A DNA stretch of 64,000 nt from Paramoeba atlantica (taxonomy: Eukaryota > Protista > Discosea): assembly GCA_977017575.1 (NCBI GenBank), contig CDRNVI010000053.1, forward strand, positions 558,001 to 622,000. Direction: 5' to 3'. The notes below the pieces were generated by a model that did no database searches, was not told the origin of the DNA, and worked only from the letters and a program-made list of their open reading frames with translations. The position numbers and the translations under genes are program-made. Position 1 is the first letter of the stretch. Every line of letters starts with the position of its first letter. Of the stretch, positions 20,990-31,289 are shown piece after piece.

Positions 20990-21375
20990 AGCTCACCCGG
21001 GGCACTTTTTGTAAAGAATTCTTTGCTCAAGTACCTAATGCAGAGGGCGACAAGCAGATGGTGGAATGCAAATTGTGTCCTGAGAGTAGCAAAAACGTTT
21101 TTTGACGGCACGAGGTCTGCAGACCGATTACATATCGGCAGAAAGTCATCTTCGAGAGCCCCATAAAACTTTTATCATAGCTTTTAAAAAGCTATGATGC
21201 GTGGTGCACGGAACAAAGGGAGAAATATCGCCGTGAAAATCCAACGTTGCACGTAAGTTCCCAAACCGCGACGCCTGAGCACCACAAGGATATAATAATC
21301 TGGAAATCGGAATGTGACATTCCAACCTCGGCCCTTGAGAGCCCAATATTTCGCCACAAAATGGAATGTGCCCCA
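20990..21375 (+). pseudogene. hAT transposase relic (BED zinc finger plus following domain)
   Basis: Broken + strand frames give KEFFAQVP...VECKLC...DGTRS...SHLREPH (BED finger), then IIIWKSECDIPTSALESPIFR, resembling the hAT W...D..P.S..E...FR motif. Confidence 0.6.
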
Positions 21376-21979
21376 CCCCACCTCGAAGAGAAAAGCTGAA
21401 TAAACTTACCATTGAGTACGCCAAGCAAATCCGTATAAAACATGCATTGACTTTGCATTTGAATTTTCGGATTTAAGTGTATGTATGGATACATCCACTA
21501 TTTTGCATGCTGGCGAGTATGATTTGGATCACAAGAGGCGTGGGAGCTGGGAAAAAGTTGATTTATCTGCAATTTTGTGAAATTTATATAATAAAAGTTT
21601 GAAACTATTTGTTTAATTCAAGGATTTTTGAGCTTTTGTGCGGGACGAGTTTGAACCGTTCGTGTGTTTCGTATTTAATTAAGCCATTAGGCTGGTATCT
21701 ATATGACTTACTTATCTACATTACGTTTCTACATTGCTTATGTATGGGAAAATTTTCAACAGTTAAAGTCTTTTGTGTCTAAGTTATCATTTGGGCTGAT
21801 ATCTCACTGATTAAGAGTTCGAACTTTCTGATCTCTCCAAGTGTCTACATTGTTGTATTTATTCAATAAACAAGTTTTAGTGAATTCCCTTTTTGCAACA
21901 TATTTTGTCTCTTCCAAATAGGTAAGGTTCTTCTTATACTTAACAGTAGGTGTTTCAGTAAGGTTTTTTCAAGTTTCTT

Positions 21980-22552
21980 ATGCCACGCTCTCTTATTGGA
22001 GAAAGGCTTTTGCGCAATCAAGGGTGGGACGGTACCGATACTATACTTGGAACATCTGGTTTTGGACTTTCGAAGCCTTTGGATGGGATAACGTTGGCTA
22101 CAGGAGGTTTAAATTCTGGACTCGGTGATTCTAAGCTTGGTTCATTTTCAAGGCAAGAGGAGTGGAGTCGGTCTCACCTAGAACCTTTTCACAATGTACT
22201 CTCACGAGTAAGTGGCTTTCGAAAAAGGGCTTTATCTTCTCCGAATACAGAAATGCAACTGCCTAAAAGTGAAGAAAACAAGAATGAGCACCGATCTGCG
22301 AAAGTTAGTTCAAGAAAGCGCAAAACGAAAATGGCAATGAATGATTCAATCAATTTAAAAGGCTCACAAGTACACGAAGTTGAAGATGACGCAGATTTTC
22401 CTTTGGTTTTTTCACCACATGATACCTGCAAGAGTCGCATCTCACCTATCCTGGGATCTCGCCGAGTTGTCTATCAAAGGCAAGTGAATATGCGCACTAA
22501 GGTTCACCGGTGTAAAAAAAGTTTAAATGAAGTTCTTGGGAAATCAGAGTAG
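21980..22552 (+). CDS. G-patch domain protein (PINX1/Pxr1-like)
   Basis: N-terminal GERLLRNQGWDGTDTILGTSGFGLSKPL G-patch followed by a basic region. Confidence 0.6.
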   Translation: MPRSLIGERLLRNQGWDGTDTILGTSGFGLSKPLDGITLATGGLNSGLGDSKLGSFSRQEEWSRSHLEPFHNVLSRVSGFRKRALSSPNTEMQLPKSEENKNEHRSAKVSSRKRKTKMAMNDSINLKGSQVHEVEDDADFPLVFSPHDTCKSRISPILGSRRVVYQRQVNMRTKVHRCKKSLNEVLGKSE

Positions 22553-22931
22553 TTTTTTTTGTTTTCGTCAACGTTCTTTTTATTATTTATTGCACCGCGC
22601 TATTCCAATTGTAGTATTAGTACTAGCATTCATATTTCTTTTCGTCGAATAGATTTCGGGGCGCCAGTATTACTTATGGACGTACATGCATGTCACGCTT
22701 TTTCCTATTTCTTGATCAATTTGCATTCTTGTTTTAGCTAAAAAAAACTTATTTCCTTTTTCTTTTTATCATAATAAAAGTTTTTATCGTATTAAAAATC
22801 TGAGAATTATTCCAAAAAGCAATGGGGCGCCAAAGAAGTCTGCTCCTTCCCTCAGATTGTACTTGCACTCACAGTTGTACACTCAGGATGTAGTTATCTG
22901 CTTAGTTTTCTGTTGAAATATTTAATCCATT

Positions 22932-25694
22932 ATGGAGGACGCAGCTATTGGAGTACTTTTTGAGTTCGAACAATCGCTCTTAGAAGATAAGAATTGCGTT
23001 AGAATTCATCGCAAAAGCTCTGCACCTGCGCAATACGTAGTGTTTTCAGCCTGGGCGGAAAAGATTACTCGTTCTGTCACCCGAACCTCGGGGACTTTGC
23101 GTTATCTGCGCAATGAAGACGGAGCGACTCCGTATCTTCTTTTTTCGGATTCAATTTTTCGCGAGATTGTGCTTGATGTGATGGATGAAGGGGGACACAT
23201 CCTGGAATTATATGCTGATAGAAAGTTGATAAAGAAGGCTACTCCGTCTCGAATGGAAGAATTCGATGACATCATTTTTGCTTCAAATGTTTCTATTATT
23301 GCTCTACACCTCTCTCGGTCGTCCCCCAGTACAATACAAATTGCATGTGCCGTCCTAAATTCTTCTCTTCGCACTTTCAACACATGCACTTTTCTGGATC
23401 ACACTCTTACGTTTCAAAATTTAAAGGTTTTGTTCATATCTAATTCAGCTAAGGAGGTTGTGTTACATCCGCTGCGAACCAAAGGAAGCCCTATCAATGA
23501 TGGAGGACTTGGAAATATTCTTGATGAGGAAGAATGCGCACGTTTTAGCGATGTGTGTTCCAGGCACAGTATTCGTATTTCGGATTACAAGGGATCAATA
23601 CGCGCCTGGCATGCAGATTACGCAAAAGTTTCGATAGATAGAATAATACGCCGCTCTGAAACAGTATCTAAATGGTCACGGGAGAATCCAATCGAAGTAT
23701 CCTTATGTGGAGGGTTAATCGATCACCTCGCTCTTCTTCAAGAGGAGTGTAATTTCGGTCAATATCGTATTACTCCTGTAGTTCTTGGCTCGTTCATGAA
23801 ACTGGATGCAAGTTCGATTGATGCTTTGCACATATTCCCACAGCAACAGAGCGCTTGTGATACGTCCTTATATGATTTGCTAAAAAGGCATTGCAATACA
23901 AGCATGGGTATGAGGCTTTTACGGTTTTATCTTACTCAACCCCTCACCAAAGTTGATACTATTACTAGCAGGCAAAATATGGTTTCTTTGTTTCTGGAGG
24001 ATGCGATTCTACGAGAAGGCATTAAATCCGAAGTGCTGAGCTCTCTTCCGGACATGGACCGATTCATGAAAAAAATGCAACGACAAAAAACCTCTCTAAA
24101 AGAGATTTTTGATCTGAACAGTTTTCTTACTGGCATGTTTCGGTTAGCTACTCTTCTTGAAAACTATGCGGGAGAACAGCAGGAAATGCTGCAATGCGAT
24201 TGGCACATACCTCTAAAAGCTATGTGTGTACATTTCGAAAAATTGAGCAAATTGATAGAAAACGTCATAGAAGTGGACGAAGATCGTGGAATTAGCGCTC
24301 GTATTCGACCTCAGTTTGACGCAGCGTTGGCGGAATTGGAGGAAGCACGTCAAAGTACTTATGAACAGATCAACATAGAATACCAAAAGGTGTTGACGAA
24401 GTACAACTGGACGGAGCGTTTCGCAAAATTGGAACCATACGCACCCACTGGGGGGTTTACGTTTCGAGTTTCTAGGAAAGATGACAAAGAAGCGAGGCAA
24501 AATAAAAAATTTAATGTTCTTCAAACCTCTAAAGATGGTGTACGCTTCGTAAATTCTGAACTCTCGGCACTTAGCTCAGAATATCGAAATATATCTTCTC
24601 AGTATTCCCAGAGGCAGCGTCAGTTGGAAGAAAAATTATTAGAAACAGTGCGTTCATATCGGCCTGTTCTTGATGATGCTGTAGACCTAGTTGCTCAAAT
24701 GGATGTTTTTATTTCGTGGGGAACACTTATTGCACGAAGCAGAAACGGTTTTTGTCTTCCTTCGTTTAACAGTCATCGAACTCGGTTAACGCAATTAAGA
24801 CACCCTCTGATTCAAGATCAAGGAGATGCGGTAGCAAACGGCATAGATTTTGAGCATTTTGAAGCTAGCGATACAACGTTCGCAGAGGTTAACTACGGCT
24901 CCGAGGCTGCTGAAATGTATATTATTACGGGACCCAATATGGGAGGAAAGTCAACTTTTATGCGAGCCGTTGCACTTGTCCATATATTAGCTCAAATTGG
25001 ATGCTTTGTTCCTTGTGAATGCGCGGAAATCGTCATACGTGACAGCATTCTATGCCGCGTTGGAGCGGGAGATATTATGGCTCACGGGGTCAGCACCTTT
25101 ATGCGAGAAATGCAAGAAACAGCTCACATAATAAACTGTGCTACGCCCGATTCACTTGTGATTATTGATGAACTCGGGCGGGGAACATCAACTTATGATG
25201 GATTCGGAATCGCCTGGGCAGTGGCGGAGCATATAGCCACAGAGATCCATAGTTTTACACTGCTGGCGACGCACTTTCATGAGATGACAGCATTGCCTGA
25301 CATGCTCAAAAATAGTCGCTTGGTTCGCAATCTTCATGTGACCGCGATATGTGAAACGGGGTCCTTGTGTTTTCCATACAAGCTGTTACCTGGCCCATGC
25401 TTTAAAAGTTTCGGACTGCATGTGGCAGAAATGGCACGTATGCCGGAAGAAGCCTTAAAAGTAGCTCGCGAGAAGTCACTCGAACTGGAAGGAAAAAACA
25501 CTGGCTTTAATGCGAAAGATTCTCAGAGCTCCTATGTACATTCCAATATGTGTAATATTCCTCTTGAAAAGCTAACTTCATACGCAGAGGAGTATACTCG
25601 CAATCCAAATAAGGAGATGCTACGTGCTCGTATCTTGGCTGACGGAGAAATGTGTCCTGAAGTGCTAGCGTTATTACCCCAAGGCGCCGCATGA
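22932..25694 (+). CDS. MSH2: DNA mismatch repair protein MSH2
   Basis: FMKLDASSIDALHIFP, IITGPNMGGKSTFMR, STFMREMQET, IDELGRGTSTYDGFGIAWAV, ATHFHE and KSFGLHVAEMA. Confidence 0.95.
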   Translation: MEDAAIGVLFEFEQSLLEDKNCVRIHRKSSAPAQYVVFSAWAEKITRSVTRTSGTLRYLRNEDGATPYLLFSDSIFREIVLDVMDEGGHILELYADRKLIKKATPSRMEEFDDIIFASNVSIIALHLSRSSPSTIQIACAVLNSSLRTFNTCTFLDHTLTFQNLKVLFISNSAKEVVLHPLRTKGSPINDGGLGNILDEEECARFSDVCSRHSIRISDYKGSIRAWHADYAKVSIDRIIRRSETVSKWSRENPIEVSLCGGLIDHLALLQEECNFGQYRITPVVLGSFMKLDASSIDALHIFPQQQSACDTSLYDLLKRHCNTSMGMRLLRFYLTQPLTKVDTITSRQNMVSLFLEDAILREGIKSEVLSSLPDMDRFMKKMQRQKTSLKEIFDLNSFLTGMFRLATLLENYAGEQQEMLQCDWHIPLKAMCVHFEKLSKLIENVIEVDEDRGISARIRPQFDAALAELEEARQSTYEQINIEYQKVLTKYNWTERFAKLEPYAPTGGFTFRVSRKDDKEARQNKKFNVLQTSKDGVRFVNSELSALSSEYRNISSQYSQRQRQLEEKLLETVRSYRPVLDDAVDLVAQMDVFISWGTLIARSRNGFCLPSFNSHRTRLTQLRHPLIQDQGDAVANGIDFEHFEASDTTFAEVNYGSEAAEMYIITGPNMGGKSTFMRAVALVHILAQIGCFVPCECAEIVIRDSILCRVGAGDIMAHGVSTFMREMQETAHIINCATPDSLVIIDELGRGTSTYDGFGIAWAVAEHIATEIHSFTLLATHFHEMTALPDMLKNSRLVRNLHVTAICETGSLCFPYKLLPGPCFKSFGLHVAEMARMPEEALKVAREKSLELEGKNTGFNAKDSQSSYVHSNMCNIPLEKLTSYAEEYTRNPNKEMLRARILADGEMCPEVLALLPQGAA

Positions 25695-26011
25695 AATATG
25701 CGAAGAAAACGTCCAGACAAACATGGTGAGACGCGTAGTAACGCACAAGAAATTACCGTAGATTTATTTTACTGTATAAGTATTTGTAGTACTGCGATTG
25801 CCTATTGAGACAGATAAACCTTCACAATACCATATACAGGAACATACGCAACAAGTTGTATATTTTAGTGTATATTGTAGTTAGTATAAAAGATATTACG
25901 TACAGTACGTAAAGACCTGCAATTACTCTGTACGTAAAGACCTGCAATTTTATTACTGTAGAGCACACGGCTGCCAATATAGTGCATCATTTACCTCTTG
26001 TATGTACTTGT

Positions 26012-26032
26012 CTCGCACTCTTTCCTTCTCAG
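26012..26032 (+). promoter_or_regulatory. Probable trans-splice acceptor (pyrimidine tract + AG)
   Basis: TCTCGCACTCTTTCCTTCTCAG-type tract directly before the ATG at 26034. Confidence 0.5.
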
Positions 26033-26033
26033 T

Positions 26034-27173
26034 ATGAAAACACCTTTGCTTGCTCTCGGAAGCCTTCCTTCAAAAAAACGTAACCCCCTATGGAGGACAC
26101 GGAGGCATAGAAGCTTCTACCCCCAGCTTCCTTGGCTCATGACGAGTACACCGAATTTCATGGACAACGCTGAGCACCTCTACGGACGACGTGAGACCTG
26201 GGCTCGCCTCTACCAAAGTGACACCCCAGGTACCCCCAAAAATTGTCACAGGCTTGAGGACCCACTCCAGCTCATGCTGCAGTACATTGACTATCTGGAA
26301 GGGGAGTACAAGGAACTTTTCCGCCAATCCGAGCGGCTGGAACACAAAATTGCTGTCGCGGAGACTGTGTACGAAATGTGGCTCGCGAGAGCATTGAAAG
26401 AGGGTACCTACGTGCTACGCGAATGGCGCCACCCTCAAATCCCCCCACACGCGGAGTACATTCCCCTTCGTCTGCGACGACGACTCGAGGAACAACAAAG
26501 ATGTGAGGCGGAGGGACTTCCCCTTCCCCGGGGGTATGGTGCCACGCTGCGTCGGGAACTCGAGACCCGCACCCCGGCCGATGCTCCGGTTCCCCCCGAT
26601 GGCCCTGAACAAGAGGACCAGCTCTCGGGAAATCTACCCCACGACCCGTTGTTGGGGGCTGCACTGGCCCGAGAGGTTCCACCGGAGCCCAGTGAGATGC
26701 CGTTTCTACGTCGTCGTGTGATCTCTTCCCCCGACTCACTGCACCCTGCACTCGCGCGGTGGACGGAAAGGTGGTATCCAGAGGGCGATGATGGAATTAA
26801 ACCCCTTGCAGGAGCAGCTGCTCCCGGGGTCTCGCGTCGGGAGGAGACGCCCTACGACGCGAGCCTGGAGGACCCTCCCCGATCATCGTCTCGTGGGAGA
26901 GGAAAAGATGGTGAGCTACGCAAACAGCTCGTAGGCCGACGCGTGGAGAAACGCCCACCGGTGGCGAAAACACTTCATGAACTACGTTCGCGCACACCGA
27001 CATTTGATGCTACGCATACGTATCGTCAGAAAGGGGCACGGGATGCGCATTCCAGTGCCACAGCCGTCCGTGTGGACTGGGATACCCTCCGTCAGTCACA
27101 GGGGGACTCGAGCTATGACCGAAAACGTGCACAGGAACGGAAAATTCGACTGCAGCGTGGAGAAGATGTATAG
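26034..27173 (+). CDS. Hypothetical protein, possibly mitochondrial, with a coiled-coil segment and Pro/Arg-rich C-terminus
   Basis: Long ORF in the polycistron with a basic/hydrophobic N-terminus (MKTPLLALGSLPSKKR). The ATG at 26034 follows a splice-acceptor-like tract. Confidence 0.65.
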   Translation: MKTPLLALGSLPSKKRNPLWRTRRHRSFYPQLPWLMTSTPNFMDNAEHLYGRRETWARLYQSDTPGTPKNCHRLEDPLQLMLQYIDYLEGEYKELFRQSERLEHKIAVAETVYEMWLARALKEGTYVLREWRHPQIPPHAEYIPLRLRRRLEEQQRCEAEGLPLPRGYGATLRRELETRTPADAPVPPDGPEQEDQLSGNLPHDPLLGAALAREVPPEPSEMPFLRRRVISSPDSLHPALARWTERWYPEGDDGIKPLAGAAAPGVSRREETPYDASLEDPPRSSSRGRGKDGELRKQLVGRRVEKRPPVAKTLHELRSRTPTFDATHTYRQKGARDAHSSATAVRVDWDTLRQSQGDSSYDRKRAQERKIRLQRGEDV

Positions 27174-27382
27174 CGTTTATTTCTCTTTGCAGGATTCAAT
27201 AGCGATAAATCATTATCCGTATTGATCGTTAATCCTTTTTCATATTCCATAATGGTCATTTTTTTAACTTTTCCCATTCACAACACGTAACATACCCTAC
27301 CCACCTACCTCTTCTTCCGCCTTTTCACCCCTTTCCACTCTCTACCCCTCTCTCCCCCCCCCACCACCACCACCACCCTCCC

Positions 27383-28459
27383 ATGGATTTCCTCCTCCAC
27401 GGCACCTTCGTCACCCTCCACAAAACCCTCGAGACCCCGTTCAACCGCATCTGGTCCCTCTACCTTAACCAATCCGGTCTCCGTGCCGAGCACGCCCTCC
27501 CCCCCTCCCCCCCCCTCTCCCTCCCCCAAACCCTCTCCTACCTCCTCCACGCCCCCTCCGGAAAACCCCACGCCTTCTTCCACTCCACCCGGTTCGCCAT
27601 CCTCGGCAACCTCACGCTCCCCTACGTGGGCTACGGGCTCCACCTGCTGTGGTCCGCCACGGGACTCGCCCCCACCCGCCCGGCCCCCCTCCTGCTGCTA
27701 CGGCTCACCACCGCGGTGGGCTCCACGCTGCTCGCCTACCCGCTCCACCTCATCCACTTCCGTATGCTTACGGACTTCAGCGACGCCCCCGTGGGGGCGT
27801 GGGCCACGGTGAGAGGGGTGTGGGCCCGGGAGGGGGTGCGGGGGCTGTACCGCGGGTGCGGGGTGAGTGTGCTCGGGGGGGTGGGGTACCGTGTGGTGTA
27901 TGGGGCGCTGGCGACGGGGGCGGAGAGGGGGCTGGGGGCGTACTACTATGGGGGAGGAGGGGGGGGAGGGGGGGAACAGGGGGGTGGGTTTCCGCTCAGT
28001 ACGACCACCGCGTTTGTGGTGCAGTACGGGTTGACGGTGGTGGCGGGGTTGGTGGTGTACCCGTTGGATGTGGTGCGGCGGAGGGCGATGTTGCGGGGTC
28101 GGGGAGGGGGGGAAGAGCGAAAGGGGGAGAGGGGGGAAGAGGGTGGGGGGAGGGGTAAGGAGGAGAAAAGACGGGTGGCGGAGATAGAGGCGAGGGCGGA
28201 GACCCGCGCTGGGGGAGGTGGAAATGTCACCCTTGCGGTGGCTCGTGAGATGTGGCAGAGAGAGGGGATTGGGGCTTTCTGGGACCACGCGTTGGGGTCG
28301 GTTCTGAAATCGGTTTTACGGGGTGCGCTGATTCTGGCGTGGGATGTGTTAACGCATGATCTGCGGTACCAAGGGGATTCGGAGATTGAGCAAATTTTTC
28401 AAGAGGGAGAGACACATGAGGGGAAGCTAAAGGCAGCGAACGGGGATGTCTCAGTGTAA
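27383..28459 (+). CDS. Mitochondrial carrier family protein, ADP/ATP-carrier-like and divergent
   Basis: LAYPLHLIHFRML, REGVRGLYRG, VYPLDVVRRRAML (compare AAC PLDTVRRRMMM) and QREGIGAFW. Confidence 0.8.
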   Translation: MDFLLHGTFVTLHKTLETPFNRIWSLYLNQSGLRAEHALPPSPPLSLPQTLSYLLHAPSGKPHAFFHSTRFAILGNLTLPYVGYGLHLLWSATGLAPTRPAPLLLLRLTTAVGSTLLAYPLHLIHFRMLTDFSDAPVGAWATVRGVWAREGVRGLYRGCGVSVLGGVGYRVVYGALATGAERGLGAYYYGGGGGGGGEQGGGFPLSTTTAFVVQYGLTVVAGLVVYPLDVVRRRAMLRGRGGGEERKGERGEEGGGRGKEEKRRVAEIEARAETRAGGGGNVTLAVAREMWQREGIGAFWDHALGSVLKSVLRGALILAWDVLTHDLRYQGDSEIEQIFQEGETHEGKLKAANGDVSV

Positions 28460-28712
28460 GAACGTGTGTTGCGAGTTTGTTTCAAATATAGAAAGTTTTT
28501 TTTGTAAATTAGTGTCTGAATAGAAAAGGTGAACAATATGTGACGAAGGTATTGCTTTCTACTGAAGTTTTGAGCTGAAGCCGCTGTCTCAGAGAACGAG
28601 AATATTTGTTTGTGCAAGACTTTCTTTGGTAGTATCACTTGTTTTCATTGTGGCACACGAATCCATCATAGATTATCGCATAAGGCCCCTTAGTTTCGTA
28701 TTTTTAGTTCGT

Positions 28713-28735
28713 GTTTCTGTCTTATTTCTTTTCAG
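28713..28735 (+). promoter_or_regulatory. Probable trans-splice acceptor upstream of the ABCF gene
   Basis: GTTTCTGTCTTATTTCTTTTCAG ends about 30 nt before the start codon. Confidence 0.5.
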
Positions 28736-28762
28736 CATTTTAACAAAGTTTCAGAATTCTTT

Positions 28763-30919
28763 TTGGAAATGGAACTAAAGGAATTGGAGGACATTCTTCG
28801 CACGTCAAATCACGAGATTGCAGGCCTATTTACTGGGGTATACACTAAGCCATCTCTATTGAAGACTCACGCGTGTGTCATCAAGTATATTCTGAATATA
28901 CTTCAGTCACAGACTAATTCTCATGAAAGAGTGGAAAATGATCAGGATCTTATGGATACTGTTGCTCTTTTTTTGACAGAATATGGTGTGTACGACGATT
29001 TAGCAAGGGCTCAAGAAGACACTCGCAGTCTGTTTAATATTATGGATCAGCGAGACCTCCTAGCAAAATTCGTGCATCCTCGGATCTTGGATACCCCTGT
29101 TATTATAGGAAAGGTTACGCATGTGAACTCGCAAAATCTTGAAAAAAAGATCAGTGCTAATTTTAACGAGGAACTTGATTGGGAAAAGAGTAGGGAAAGA
29201 TCTCGAGCTGAGAGGCGCAAGAAAAAAGATGATGAGCAGAGGCAATGCGTACAGAAGGAGTACGACGCTTTCATTAAATCCAAAGGTCTTCCACAAACAC
29301 GTCACAATACATGCATTCACCGCGAAGGCTTTGGAAAACAACATGGGGAAAATATTGTCTGTGACAATATTCATGTGAATATGGGGAAAACTGTTCTTCT
29401 TGACGGTACAAAATTACAACTTTTTTGCGCCCACAAATATGGTTTTGTTGGTCCCAATGGCTCTGGTAAAACCACGTTGCTTCGCATGCTCACCGCAAAG
29501 GAACTTGAAGGAATCAATCCTTATTTGCAAATTATTCACGTGGAACAAGAAATATCTTCAAGCGATCAATCTCCTTTAAAAATTATTTTGGACAGCGACG
29601 TAGAGCGCACACAGCTTCTTGACGAAGAACAAGAATTATTGGCAGCTGAAAATTTAAATAGCGAACGCCTTGCACAAGTATATGCACGTATGGAAGAGAT
29701 CGATGTCCAAACTGCTGAAAATCGGGCTCGCACTATCTTGCGTGGACTGAGCTTTACAGATGAAATGATGACAAGTCCTTCGAGTAAACTATCCGGAGGG
29801 TGGCGAATGCGCGTTGCACTTGCACAGGCTCTTTTTATTAAACCTGATGTTCTCCTTCTTGACGAACCAACAAACCATCTTGATCTTCACGCAGTACTTT
29901 GGCTAGAGAAATTTCTAAAGAAGTGGGATAAAACATTAGTCGTAGTCTCTCATAGTCGCTCTTTTTTGAACGAAGTCTGCACCGAAATAATCCACCTTGA
30001 AGATAGAAAGCTAATTTATTACAAAGGGGATTACAACACTTTCGAGCGCTCTAGGACAGACAGAATGCAGCAAAGAAAACGAGAATATGAGGCTCAGGAA
30101 AGAAGCAAATCACACATGCGAGCATTTGTTGATCGTTTTCGCTATAGCGCGGCACGAGCTGCCCAGGCTCAAAGTCGTTTGAAAGCAATTGATCGCCTAG
30201 ATAAAATTGCTCCTGTTGTAGAGGAAGCAAGGTTAAAATTTGACTTTCCTAGCCCCGAGTGCGCAGAGAGAAATTTGCTTCAAGTTTCCGGTCTTTCTTA
30301 TCAATACAAGCTAGGGGGAAGACTTATCATTTCTAAGGTACATATGAACGTAGACTCCGATTCACGCATCGGTATAGTGGGATCAAATGGCAGTGGTAAA
30401 TCCACTTTCCTCAAATTGTTGAGTGAAAAACTACCCTGCGGATTGGGTCAAATTACGCGTAATCCAAAGGCTCGGATATCGATGTTCTCACAGCACCATA
30501 TCGACGGATTAAATCTGGCACAGACACCATTAGAATCAATGCAAGCAGCGTTCCCTAAGGTAGAAATTTCGCGTTTGCGTGGACACCTTAGTCGTTTTGG
30601 ATTATGTGGTGAAAAGCATCTTCAATCAAACTATACACTTTCTGGTGGTCAAAAGAGCCGTCTGGCATTTGCATTAATGACTTATTTTACACCAGATCTT
30701 CTTTTACTTGATGAACCCACAAATCACTTAGATATTGACACAGTAGACGCTTTGATTATGGCGCTCAATGCGTACCGTGGTGGTGTTGTCATTGTGTCCC
30801 ATGATGAGCACTTTATTTCGTCGGTTTGTGACGACTTGTGGGTTGCGGAAGCAACATGTCTAAACAGGTTTGACGACACGTTCGCTGTTTATAAGAAGCG
30901 CATACAATCTCTCATGTGA
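28763..30919 (+). CDS. ABCF3: ABC-F family ATPase (ABCF3/GCN20-like)
   Basis: Two NBDs: GPNGSGKTT, LSGGWRMR, LLLDEPTNHLD; then GSNGSGKST, LSGGQKSR, DEPTNHLD. No TM domain. First ATG at 28769. Confidence 0.85.
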   Translation: MEMELKELEDILRTSNHEIAGLFTGVYTKPSLLKTHACVIKYILNILQSQTNSHERVENDQDLMDTVALFLTEYGVYDDLARAQEDTRSLFNIMDQRDLLAKFVHPRILDTPVIIGKVTHVNSQNLEKKISANFNEELDWEKSRERSRAERRKKKDDEQRQCVQKEYDAFIKSKGLPQTRHNTCIHREGFGKQHGENIVCDNIHVNMGKTVLLDGTKLQLFCAHKYGFVGPNGSGKTTLLRMLTAKELEGINPYLQIIHVEQEISSSDQSPLKIILDSDVERTQLLDEEQELLAAENLNSERLAQVYARMEEIDVQTAENRARTILRGLSFTDEMMTSPSSKLSGGWRMRVALAQALFIKPDVLLLDEPTNHLDLHAVLWLEKFLKKWDKTLVVVSHSRSFLNEVCTEIIHLEDRKLIYYKGDYNTFERSRTDRMQQRKREYEAQERSKSHMRAFVDRFRYSAARAAQAQSRLKAIDRLDKIAPVVEEARLKFDFPSPECAERNLLQVSGLSYQYKLGGRLIISKVHMNVDSDSRIGIVGSNGSGKSTFLKLLSEKLPCGLGQITRNPKARISMFSQHHIDGLNLAQTPLESMQAAFPKVEISRLRGHLSRFGLCGEKHLQSNYTLSGGQKSRLAFALMTYFTPDLLLLDEPTNHLDIDTVDALIMALNAYRGGVVIVSHDEHFISSVCDDLWVAEATCLNRFDDTFAVYKKRIQSLM

Positions 30920-31289
30920 GCTCAAAATTTATTTTAGAAAGATACCTTTAGCAGAGTGGCGACTTGCGCTTCAGGAGCAATATATATATATATACTTCTG
31001 CAGTTCTTTCTTATTAGGTTTTCCTTTTTAACGTGTTTAAGTTCGTTTTCTTCTTATTTTAGATACCTGGGTATTGTATTTTTTTCATTATTTAAGAGAA
31101 CACAAAAACTGTAGTAATAAAGAGGGATTACAAAAATACTTATGCTTCCTTGGTCACAGTATACAAAAACTGAGAACAGTGTCAAGGAATTTAGAGAAAC
31201 ACTACTACACAATAGTGTAGAATAGTACATGTAGGTAATAAACTAATACGACAAAGTACTAAAAATAGACTGTCTGCCAAAAATTCTAA

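Noticed and set aside
25903-25950. Short direct repeat TACGTAAAGACCTGCAATT x2
   Set aside because: Simple local duplication in a spacer with no further structure.
27300-28400. Contaminant or chimeric contig as the explanation for the GC islands
   Set aside because: Reading frames run continuously from background composition into and out of the islands and keep the + strand polarity. Not fully excluded without reads.
27305-28415. Multiple overlapping Pro-, Gly- or His-rich ORFs on both strands
   Set aside because: Shadow frames caused by stop-codon scarcity in the C/G island. Only 27383..28459 has family motifs.
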